Assembly (NCBI RefSeq): GCF_009914755.1
Contig: NC_060925.1
Length of the DNA stretch: 64,000 nt
Direction: 5' to 3' (one strand)
Source of the DNA: the human T2T-CHM13v2.0 reference genome, Homo sapiens
Numbering within the stretch: the stretch's first letter is position 1; every line of letters starts with the position of its first letter. Below, one piece after another: positions 53,301 to 64,000 of this stretch. A model generated the notes under the pieces. It did not search any database and was not told the origin of the DNA. It was given only the letters and a program-made list of their open reading frames with translations. The position numbers were made by a program, and so were the translations under genes.

Positions 53301-54574
53301 ATTGTCAAGCAGTGATTCTCCCCATTTCTGTTTGTTTTCAAGTTCCTCGTGACCTTTCCATTTCTACTTTGCTCTGCTCTTCCGCCTCATCCTTGTCTCT
53401 AAACATCAGCTTCTTTGCTTTCTCTTCCATTTACACATTGCCTCATGGATGCTATACGTAAATTGATTCTTAGGACTCCACTGTTAGCCCAAGAGTGTCT
53501 CCCAGCATCAGACCAGTTTATTTGTCAAATTCCAGAACACAGAGGACTTCTTCTGCCTCTCTCTTCCACAGTGGAGTAGCCAGTCATAAAGAAACCAAAT
53601 CTTAGACACACAAAGGAGAATTTTCCCCTTCCCAACATAGGGTGGAAGGTGAGGGAGCACCATTTCTTTCTGATTAATCCCCCCAAGGAAATTTAGGGAA
53701 ATGTCTTTCTACAATAGTGAAAAGCCAAAAATAAGTTCTCTGCAGTTTACTCTGCTAGTTATGCAAATGGTCATCCATCCTAGGGAGGAGAGCATTCTGA
53801 GATTCCCACCTAGGTCGGATGGCGTGTATGAGGCAGGGAGGAGGAATAAGTAGCTGAGATTGAGAGGACTGGGAAAACTGAGGCCCTGAAGGGCTGGCAC
53901 TGGAGATGAGAAAGAAGCACAGCTATCTTTGGAGTCAATTAAGCAAGGTCTGGGAGGAATATTGATACAGTGGGCACATCCTCAGACACAAGAACACCAA
54001 ATCACACAACTAATTCTGAGTTCTACCTGATGCTGACAGTGGCTCTGATTAAACAGGGCAAGACAAGTCAAGACAGACAGAGAAAGAGGGAGATTCACAC
54101 ATGCCACAGGGCAGGGCACGGAAGGTGTGTGAATAGTTCTCAATGCCAGCAGCTAAGGAGGAGCTGTTACCCTGGGGTAGGTGATGGGCTTGGCCCTGTG
54201 GTCTTGTAGCTCCCCTCCTTTGAGTACCAATCAATCTCACAATTAGAGAAGTAGCTGAAACTACTTCACAGGTGTTGTGAGCTCAACCTGTTGTGAGCTC
54301 AACATGTGAGCTCTACGTGTTGGAAGAAAAATGGAGAGATGGGAAACTTTGCTACTAACAAAATAAGTGTCCAGAGCCATTCTGAAAATGTTGTGGAAAT
54401 ATTTAGTGAAACTAAGTTTGTCTAAAGTCTATGACCCAAAAATATTCTCCTGGGAAAAGAGTCCAGAGCCATTTCGGGAACAGATTCATAAGGGACATGT
54501 TTCAGAATGATCACCCAAGCACTGTTCCTGTTTGGCTGAAGCCTGGGAGAATGGAAAGGAAAGAGATGGGGGAA

Positions 54575-54940
54575 GTGGTTGAAGCTATGGACTAGCAGTG
54601 TAAAGAGCAACAGGGATAAATCTTAAAAACCTAGTGCAGAGTAGGAAAAAAAAAGTAAGAACAGAACAAGATTTATAGCACAGCACCATCAGTGTAAATT
54701 AAAAACACATACACACCACAAAACAACATTAGATTTTAACAAGGATCCATGAGTATGTAGGACCATATATCAAATACCCTATGGTGAGTACCTAGGGGAG
54801 GAAAGGGAATTGGAGTGAGGACTGTGGATAAAGTGGGAAAGGAACCCATAAAACAATGGAAGGCTTTGCACAGACTTTTTATGATAATGAGCTACGAGAC
54901 AAGGAGTATGGTTAACATAATTTCTGTATCAGAGATTTTT
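54575..54940 (+). mobile_element. L1MC/MD-type 3' fragment
   Basis: GCAACAGGGATAAATCTTAAAAACCTAGTGCAGAGT...AAGTAAGAACAGAACAAGATTTATAGCACAGCACCAT. Confidence 0.7.
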
Positions 54941-55094
54941 TTCTAAATCTCATTGAGCCTAGCTCTGGGGTTGATTTGGGGATGGGAGCATCCCACTCTG
55001 ACTGATGAGGTCACGAGGGGACATAGTGCAACAAAGATCCCTGATGGAGCAGTCCACGTGCAGTCAGGTGCTGGGAGACAGGAAGTGGAGGGAT

Positions 55095-55320
55095 CCTCAG
55101 CACAGGCTTTAAAATCACACAGACCTGGCTTTGCATCTTGACTTTGCCACATACTAGTCATATAACCTTGGGCAAGTTGTGTGACTGTGGACATGTCACT
55201 TAACTCTCTGTGCTTCCATCACCTCATCTGTAAAACAGAGAGAGTAATACTCAGGGGATTGTGGAGATCAAATGAGATGATGCATGCAATTCTCTTTGCA
55301 CAGTGCCTGGCTTCATAAAT
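55095..55320 (+). mobile_element. MIR
   Basis: CTTTGCCACATACTAGTC...CCTTGGGCAAGTT...CTCATCTGTAAAACAGAGAG...GCACAGTGCCTGGC. Confidence 0.85.
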
Positions 55321-56134
55321 AACAACTCCAATTATCCTGGGTTTTTTTTCTCCCAGGATTCCAAAACCTCTCTAATTCTCAGAGTCTAAAATGTAACTTC
55401 ATTTCCATGTTTCTTGGTCAGCTGCTTTCTGCTGGGAGAGGTGCTGGATCAGCAGCTGGGGTTGGGAGAGAGGGTTCGTGGGACAGGAAGGGAGTGCCTG
55501 TGACCAGGTTGGGAGGCCTGTAAGAGCACCTCAGGAGCTAGGCAGACCTGGCGGCTGCAGTCCAGGGACAGGCAAGTCAGGCCAGCCTCGGGTGGGACAT
55601 GGGGAAAGGGACAGAACAACCATCAATCCAGAGCATTAGGTGAGGGAGGTGGAGGAGAAGGGAGATGGGCAGGTGTTGTGAGCTCAAAAGACCAGAAGCA
55701 AATCATGTGGGATGGAGACCCAGAGCTCCTTTTACCTAACGCATGCCACGGTCCCCTCCAATCCCTACCCACCCATGCAGCATTCCCTCGTTTCACCCCA
55801 GTCTTAAAGGTAGGTCCTGGATTGGGATTTTTGTCTTTTAATCTTGCTTCCTCCAAGTAATGTCATAATTTGTGGCTGCTCCATGTTGGTGGAAACCTGA
55901 CTACAGCTTTCTTTGAAGAACAACAGGCCCCTCGCCTTCTGGGCGTTTGGCTCCACACTGTGTAAATGCCATGAGCATTTTACATCAAAGCCCAAAACAT
56001 GTCTGTACATGCTTTATGTAGGGGGCCCCCTCCTTGGCATAAGCTCCCCTGGGAGGTGTGATCTGTCCCCTCTGGGAACCCCCTGGGCCAGAGGCCTGCC
56101 TGAAACCCCCGAAGCTATGGACTAGCAGTGTCTC

Positions 56135-57340
56135 CCCACACCCCTTCAATCATATGGTCTTGTTGATTCCACTACATAAGTATCTCCCCAGCCCATTCTC
56201 TTCTCTCCACTTCCTATGCCCTGACCATAATCTAAAATATCTTCTTTAGCTTGGACCATAATACAGGCCTCCTCACCTGTCTCCCTGTCCCCAGGTGCCC
56301 TCTCCCATCAATTCTACTTATAGCCACAAGAGTGATGTTTCTATAATACAAATATGACCATGTCAGTCTCTTCCATAAAGGTTTTCAGTGGCTTCCCATT
56401 CCCCTGAGGATAGAATCCAAGTCCCTTAACATGCAGCATGGGGTACCATTAAGCCCTATTTCCACCCTGTATCACTCCTACTGCCAATCAATGCCAGATT
56501 GCAGGTTACCTTTATCATCTGAAATGCTCCAAGCCCTCTCTTGCGCCTGGACTTATCACATTTTTCCCTCTTCATTCTTTACCTGGCTAACTCCTATTCC
56601 CTCTCAAAGGTTCATTTTACTTCCTCCAGGTAGCCTGCCCTGATGATCCAAGTCCAGGTTAAGGACCCTATTGTAGGTTGAATTGTAAACCCCCAAAAGA
56701 TATGTTCAAGTCCCCAAATCCCAACTACCTGTGAATGTGACCTCATCTGGAAATTGGGTCTTTGCAAATGTAATCAGGTTAAAACGAAGTCATCCTGGAT
56801 TGGTGTGGGCCCTAATCTCATGACTGGTGTCCTTATAAGAAGAGGGAAATTTGGACACAGACACACAGGGAGAATGCCATGTGCCTCTGAAGACAGAGAT
56901 GCAGCTGCCAGCCAAGGAATGCCAAGGGTCATCAGCACCCACCAGAAGCGAGGAAGACACAAGAAGTGCCCTCCCCTGGAGCCTCTCCAGGGAGCAGGGC
57001 CCGACCAACACCTTGATTTTGGATTTCCTGTCTGCAGGACTATGAGACAATACACTTCTGTTGTTTTAAACCAAAATTGTGTTAATTTGCTACAGCAGCC
57101 TTAGGAAACGAATGCAGGCCCCAACTCGGTGTTCCCATAGCACCCCTTGCTTCCATATATGAGTTAGAGTATAGAATATATGCCCTTTATGTTTTTATTG
57201 TTGCTTTACTCATCATTGACTGTTTCAGTTAGTCAATGGGCTATGCAAGGGCGGGGGTCTTATTTGTTCCTTCTTGCAGCTCCAGCACATTGTTAGAATC
57301 TGTGTGCTGTATTTGTTGAGTGAATGAATAATGAATGAAC
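56135..57340 (+). mobile_element. L2 interrupted by an MLT1B/C LTR
   Basis: GCCTCCTCACCTGTCTCCCTG...TTCAGTGGCTTCCCATT...; terminus TTTGTTGAGTGAATGAATAATGAATGAA. Confidence 0.8.
56669..57116 (+). mobile_element. MLT1B/C MaLR solo LTR
   Basis: GGTTGAATTGT...CCCCAAAAGATATGTTCAAGTCC...GACTGGTGTCCTTATAAGAAGAGG...GGAAACGAATGCA; near-TSD GACCC/GGCCC. Confidence 0.9.
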
Positions 57341-57984
57341 TGGCGGGAGTGAGCTAAGGCTCGAGCAACATACATAGGAATATGGTGGGAAACACAGAGT
57401 GGGAGACAAATCAGGAAGTCCTCATAGATCCCCAGGGAATTCTGGACCCATCTGGGACCTGCAGGAGGCCAGCGAGGTCTTTATGCTTCCTGCAGACAAG
57501 AGGGCAGGGCCAGATGCTATGGCATCTCTGGCTGCTACACTCTAGGCCTATCACGTGGTCCCTGATGCAGGAGAAAAAGCTTCTCCCACAGGACCTGCAG
57601 GGATGTCTCCCTCTGGTGCCCTTCGGAGGCAAAAGCTTAAGCCAAGGGAGGATGAGACAGGGCCACATTTCAGCCTTTAACAGGGGTTTGCAAGAGAAAA
57701 GGATATGAGGCCCTCTTGGAGTGAAGGAGCTCAGCCGTTGCACTGGGGACTCTGTGCCCTAGCACAGCTGCTGGCTTGAGAAAGCTCTTAGCAGCCAGAC
57801 CACAGCAAGCCCTGCTCCAGGGGAGGCAAAGAAAGGCGGCCTTGCTTGAGATGAGGCAGCTGCTCTCAACCTCTGCCTGATCTGGTTTCCTCCCTGCTGC
57901 ATCTACCCACAGGGCTGCTGAGAGTTCATTTAGTGTCTTCCCTTCCCCAGCCCCAAGTCCTTCCACCCTTATCTGTATGACTCC

Positions 57985-58513
57985 TGCAGGGGCCAAGGGA
58001 AAACTTCCCTTTCACCCTCTGAAGTTTCATTGAAAAATCAGCTCACAAAAGGCAGATTAATTGGAGAAAAGGCACATAAATTTTTTAACACGTGCATCTC
58101 CAATGGTGTGCAGAACCTTATATACCATTTTGAGATTACAGAAAGAACAGGGGTCAGAGCCTGACCCAAACCAGGTTATGGTGGTGATCAGGTTATTGGA
58201 GGGAAGAGAAGAGGAGGCCTGGCTAGCAAAGGTGGTCTTGCTCTGTAGATGGAACCTCAAAGGTAGCAACCCTCAGAGAGAATAGACGGTAAATGTTTCT
58301 TTCAGACCTTTAAAGATGTCAGATTCTCAGTTAATCTTTCCTAGATCCGGACAAGGGAAGACCTGGCTGCATCAATGCACATTCTGTACAGATGCAAATC
58401 CCCCCGACAACAGACAGCTTTGCAGGGCTACTTCTGCTGGCTGGCTCTTTGAGCAGCCACTTCAAAATATATCAAATAAATACATTTTAGGATAAAATAT
58501 GTTGATGTTTTCA
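57985..58513 (-). mobile_element. ERV1 MER4-group solo LTR (MER39/MER34-like)
   Basis: TG...CA ends; GGGGCCAAGGGAAAACTTCCC, AAAAGGCAGATTAAT, CCCTCAGAGAGAATAGACGGTAAATGTTTCTTTCAGACC. Confidence 0.75.
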
Positions 58514-58944
58514 CCTCATTTCCTGGCTTGTTCCCTCCCCAGCATTATAAAGTGAAAGTTTTCAAAGGGAATGCAGGGGACCTTGAGGCAAATGGAAAAG
58601 GAGACTTACGAGGTTTGCCGCACCTTCCTAACAGGCACCCAGGACCCAACCCTGGATCCAAGCAGGTGGGAATTGGTGGAGGGTCATGGGATTGGACTGA
58701 GGAGCTAAATGGGGTCCCACGACAGCTGCTCAGGGCTCAGGGAAACCTTTCGAGTCAGGACTGGGTGTTCTAGAGTGGTAGAAATGTCTGTGATTTTTCT
58801 AATCAAGTTTTCAGGGACATGAAGCAAGCCCAAATTCAGCTTCGATTTTTAAGGATTTTGGTCGAAAGGGGATGGGATGAGGAGGAGTGAGTGGCGGCTC
58901 CCCAGAGTTTCAAGCAGTGTTTGGGATCATCCTAGTATAGGAGA

Positions 58945-59380
58945 TTATTAGAGCCTGAATTGTGTCTCCCCAAAATTCCTATGTTGAAGCCCCAACCCCA
59001 ATATGACTGTATTTGGAGCTAGGGCCTTTATGGGGGTAATTAAGGTTACATATGGTCATGAAGGTGGGGCCTTCTAATAGGACCCCCAGTCCAATAGGAC
59101 TTCCATCCAATAAGACCCCCATCTGATAAGACAGAGGTCCTTATTAGAAGTAGAAAAGACACCAGAGCATGCTCTCTCTCTCTCCCCACATGCACTCACA
59201 GAGAAAAGGCCACATAAGGTCACAGATAGAAGGTCTGCAAGTTAGAAAGAGAGACTTCACCAGTAACCAATCCTGCCCGCGATCTCAGACTTCTGGCCTC
59301 CAGAACAGTGAGGACATACATTTCTATTGTTTAAGCCACCCAGTCTGTGGCATTTTGTTACAACAGCCTGATCAGACCAT
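58945..59380 (+). mobile_element. MLT1A-type LTR
   Basis: CTGAATTGTGTCTCCCCAAAATTCCTATGTTGAAGCCC...TTTCTATTGTTTAAGCCACCCAGTCTGTGG. Confidence 0.85.
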
Positions 59381-61330
59381 TCTAGAGACTAACTTCACTC
59401 TACTAAGTGTGTCCTGGTGGGTAAAGGAAGGGCCCTAAAACAGAGTCCGGCTCCAGCAAAGGGGGCCACTAGGATCTGGAGCAAGACCAGCATCCCAGTC
59501 TTCTTTGGGTAAGGGATGGCAGAAGGGAGGTGCAGAGACCCATTCTTTTGGGGAGGGGGGTTCATCAGAAGGGCTGACAGGCAGATGGGCCAGTGGTTTA
59601 TCAGCTGATGGGTTCATTCACAGGTACTTGGGTGCTCCAAAGCCTGCTTCCTAGAGGGGAGGAAGCTTCAAATATTTCCTCAGGTGGGCTGGACAGGGCT
59701 GTCTGGTTATGGCAAGCAGCAGGGGCTGTGCAGCAAATGTAGACATCTATAGCCACCCAGACTTGGGGGCAGCATCAGTCCAAACCCTCCTTTCCCCAAT
59801 TGCCAGCCTAAGGTTGCTGCTCCTACCTGGCCTGCCTCAATCTCCCACTGTCACCCCCCATGGGAAGAGGAAGCTTGGTCAGTTACTGCTGATGTGAGCT
59901 AGATTTAACATCTCAGCAAGTAAAAGCTGTTCCAGGTTCCAGTGGAAGGAGCCCTGGAGGTTATTCTGAAAGGCACTGAGAGAATCTTGAGTTTGAGAGA
60001 TGATTTCCAAACTCAGGTCTTAAAATGGGAGCATGGGGAAGGGGGACAGTTATGGCAAAAGCAATCATTTCCAGTGCCAGGGTGGAGGAACCTCCCCTAG
60101 TAAGAAGTTTTGGGGAATCCATCACATCTTCAGTATCTAGGGATGGGCGTGTGTCATTTAAGAGCTGCCTCAGTCTGTGCAGCCCAAGCCCAGCCCCAGG
60201 CAGAGCCAGGAGAAACAGAAAAAGGTGCATTGGATGCACCCGGTGTGTGTTTATTTATCCCACTAGAGCCTCAAGTCCATTGTCATCAGGAAGCTAACTG
60301 AATTCTGCATAATTCTTGCCTAGGGCCAGAGAACAGACAGCGTAGGGATGAGATTTTGGTTAAGTTCCTGACACAGGAAGCAGCATCAAAGGTTTACTGT
60401 TGGTCAATTCTGGTACATCATAGGTGCTCAGTAAATATTAGTGAAATGTGCTGCTCTCTTTCTGAAGACATTTACCAGCTCTGACATCTTGGCCTTGAAT
60501 AGACTCATATGGGTAATGGGTATTGAAATAAATGTTTGGAAAGTGGTAGAGTTATTTTTACATTTAGCAAACTGTCCAATCCCAAGACTGCCCTAATCTG
60601 CTCTGCTATGCTTATCCCCTTGTTAGACGTCCATGTGGTTGATAATTGTCAGTGACTTGCAAATAACAGATAGGAAGCAGCTCTCACAAGACAGCTGAGA
60701 ACACAGAGCAGGGGAGCTGGGAGCTGGGACAGAAACCTGTGAGTTTCCTCCAGAGCTGGGGCAGGAGGACCTGCACTCTCTATTAATTCCTTCTTCTCTT
60801 CCTCAAAATTGGAGTATGTTGAAACTAGAAGCTTAATTTAAAACACAAAGAAACACTCTTTTCCCAAATTTTTAGAACTACCTATGACCTGATTCTGCTT
60901 AATTTTGACCATGAGTTTGTGATTCTAGGAAGATGCCCCCAAAGAAGGAGAATTTAGAGGAGATATGGGATTTCCTTTCCTTTTTTCTCCCAATGGCCTT
61001 GTATTGTTGGCACACTTGTCCCAGAAAGTCACCCCAAGCCTCACTCTAACCATGCCTTCCCTGCCTGACCTACATACCCTCCCTGGGGCAGTGCAGAGCA
61101 GTGGATGGCTCCTGGGTTTGGTTGTTCAAAAGAGTTGGAAGCAGGGCTACACCATTTCCTGGTTGTGTTCAATGTGAGTAGGGCCTGAATCCTGGGGGAG
61201 CACAGTGAGATCCCAGCTAAGTCTACATCTGAGTCTCTGAGCTTCAGTTTCCTTATCTGTCAAGTGGGCACAATAATACTGACCCTTCAGGATTCCTGTG
61301 AGCAATAAATGAAGAAAAAGCAAAGTATAT

Positions 61331-61491
61331 GGTGGAGCACAGTGGCTCATGCCTGTAATCCCAGCTACTCAGAAGGCTGAGGCACAGGAATTGTTTGAAC
61401 CCGGGAGGCAAAGATTGCAGTGAGCCAGGATCTCGCCACTGCACTTTATCCAGCCTGGGCAACAGAGTGAGACTTTGTCTAAAAAAAAAAG
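61331..61491 (+). mobile_element. Monomeric Alu (left-arm start joined to right-arm body) inside a MIR (about 61120-61555)
   Basis: CAGTGGCTCATGCCTGTAATCCCAGC|TACTCAGAAGGCTGAGG...; TSD AAAAG(C/A)AAAGTATAT (61316-61330, 61492-61506). Confidence 0.85.
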
Positions 61492-62139
61492 AAAAGAAAA
61501 GTATATAATGCACCTGGCACAGTACCTGGCCTATAATAGGTCCTACTATCATCACTTTCTTCTAGATGGGAAGCCAAACTTTAACGAATGACTTCCTCCT
61601 ATCCCAGAACCTTTGCAATCACTGGTGACAAGAACTAATTAAAACTAGCTTTAGCAAAATAGATAATCTGTTGGCTGTAACTGGAATTCTGCGGACTCCA
61701 GGCCTCAACCAATGACATCGTCATCATCATTGTTGCTGTCTTCCTCATCATACCATTCTCTCAACCTCTCTCCCTCCCTTCCTGTCTCCCCACTCTTTTC
61801 TGAACATTTGCAGGACTGTTTCATAAAGCAGATGAGCTTTTGTGATAGATGGCTTAGAGGAGCTCTCTGGCTATAGACATCTTCAGGCTCATGTCATCCC
61901 AGCCACCTAGCCCCCAAATAAAGAGGGAAGCATGTCTCTCCTTTTGCCCATATATTAGATCTCAAGGAGGGAGTCTTGATGACTCAACTTTGGTCATGGT
62001 GCCTATCCGTAGGCCAACTGCCAAGATGGGGCTTTTAGGGGAGAGAGTCATGACAGGGAACTTTGATTGTCTAGGTGTGGACCAATTGCCCATCTCTGTG
62101 AACAGGGGTCTAGCGCTCTGACTGGCAGTTTTCCAAAGT

Positions 62140-62650
62140 TTGTTATGGTAGACTAAAAAGCCTAAACTTTTTTGGCATCCTTGCATAGAGAGGTGGAATA
62201 TGTTCCTCCCCCTCTTGATTCTGGGCTAGTTTGTGACTTGTTTTGGCTGGTAGAATGTAGTAGATGTGGTGCTATTTTATCACCAAAGCTGGACTTAAGA
62301 AATCTGCAACTTGCTTTCACTCACTTGGAATGCTCCCTCCTCCAACCCAACCACCACGCTGTGAGAAGCCTAAGCCACATAGAGTGGCCATATGGAAAGG
62401 AACTGAGGTGCTCAGGTCAGTAGCCACAGCTGACTTCCAACTGACAGCCAGTCCCAGCTACTATCATATGAGGAACCACCTTGGACATTCAGCCTAGTCA
62501 AACCACAGATAACTGCAGCCCAGCTGATACCAGGAGGAGTAGAAGAACCACCAAGCTTAGCCCAGTAAATCCACAGAATCATAAAGGATAAAATGGTGTT
62601 TCAAGCCACTAAATTTATTTCATTTATGTGTTCATCATCGAAACAGAAGA
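62140..62650 (+). mobile_element. MLT1F/G/H-type LTR
   Basis: CCCCTCTTGATTCTGGGCTAGTTTGTGACTTGTTTTGG...CCACGCTGTGAGAAGCCTAAGCCAC...TTTCAAGCCACTAAATTT. Confidence 0.75.
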
Positions 62651-64000
62651 TGTGGCTGTACAAGAAGGGAAAAGGAAAGTTGAATAGACAAAAACAAGAG
62701 ATGTTTGTTACATATGGTAAAGAAAGCTGAGGATCTACCCTTCCTAGCCCCATGACTCACCAGAATTAATAGTAAAACTGTTGGTCATCTGTTTAGGCAC
62801 AAAATTTCTCGGTACCCACAACACACAGGATACTGTGGCAGGTACTCAAGGCAATAAAGTGGTGTAGCCAGGCTTTAAAGTCAGATTTATTAAACTCCTG
62901 AGCTGGAGCTCTCTCTGCCTCTATAGCAGCCCAGAAAAGCCATATGCGGAGATAACTATGAGGTTCACTGGCAGCTCTGTTTTGGGAAGCGTCCAAGCAG
63001 CTCTTATCTCGCAGTGAACGCAAGAAAATGATGGAGTTTCTTCCCTGATATTCCATAGAACATCAAAACCAAAAGAATGTACAATGAGAACAAAGAAAAG
63101 CTGAATTCTGAAACACAGAGAGAGATGGGAGGAGCCACCAAACTGCAGGGCCCAGAGCAGGTATGAGTGCAGGGGGCAGGAGACCAGAATCTGTGATGGA
63201 GAGGATGAAAGCCCAGGGGAAGGGGTTCAGGCGGCCCAATGTCCAGTGGCTCTCCGACATCTCTAGCATGTGGACAGCATCTTCTCATCACTGTGCTGAC
63301 ACAGCATCCTCCCTATGTTTGTATCTTCTTCTGGACACACCAGTGGGAAGGTCACGCAGGAGTTACATGCATGCATACAAGCGGAGCATTCAACCCAGAA
63401 GACACAGCTTGCTTTCAAATCAACTGCTTATGAGACCTCATGAGTTATAAACATGCAGCCCTTGCATCAAGCTAGTGATTGTCATATTGAGTTAAATTTG
63501 ATCACATAGTAAGAGGATTTGTATTTTTGTACTAGAAAATGGACACCTCCAGAATTAGGAAACAAAAGGATGATTGGAGAAAAATTCAACTAACACAGTC
63601 TGTTCTAAGCAGGAAGAAGTCTGGGATGACTCCTCCATGCCTTGAGGATATGACATGAGGTAAGTGTTGGCAGACACTGAGATGGGAGGAGTTGCTGACA
63701 CTGGCTGAAGTCCTGATTGTGATCCCCAGGGTCACGCTTGTATGATCAGTAGGCAGAGTGTGCTATCTGTCCCCTCCCCTGCCTGCCACCTTCATGGTTA
63801 TCTTTAGATTCAGATGACTACCTGTCTGGAGATCCTACCCACATAGACTCTGAGCTCATCCTGCCCTATCCCAGCCTGGGTGAGAACCCTACAAGCAGAC
63901 ATATCCAGGCCTAGCCATGCTGCCAGCAGTCCAGGATCCTGTACGCTTAGGGTGGATTTCGAAGCCCAGAGCCCCTGCTTCCTGGTTGGAATGTGATGAT

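Overview
This is primate, most likely human, non-coding genomic DNA (intergenic or deep intronic), dense in interspersed repeats. It contains AluJ/S/Y elements (several with clean target-site duplications), a ~10-kb block of nested old L1s, MIR and L2 fragments, many MaLR/ERVL LTRs, one complete MST-type MaLR provirus with a perfect TSD, DNA-transposon fossils (MER53, MER20, Tigger3, Charlie-like) and microsatellites. I found no supportable protein-coding gene, tRNA/rRNA, CpG island or CRISPR array; the ORF track is explained by repeats or chance. Repeat subfamily names come from recalled consensus sequences and boundaries of old repeats are approximate. The main signal not explained by repeat annotation is a set of short, locally copied segments: a 104-bp 95%-identical inverted copy of part of a MIR 1.6 kb from its source with complex junctions, and exact 25-bp and 21-bp doublets 0.9 and 1.5 kb apart. 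Also notable are a MER53 (miR-1302-like) hairpin with mirrored arm substitutions, an L1 5'-end fragment inserted in another L1's endonuclease region, an atypical young AluY, and several repeat-free, motif-rich enhancer candidates. I cannot support a new multi-gene system in this window.
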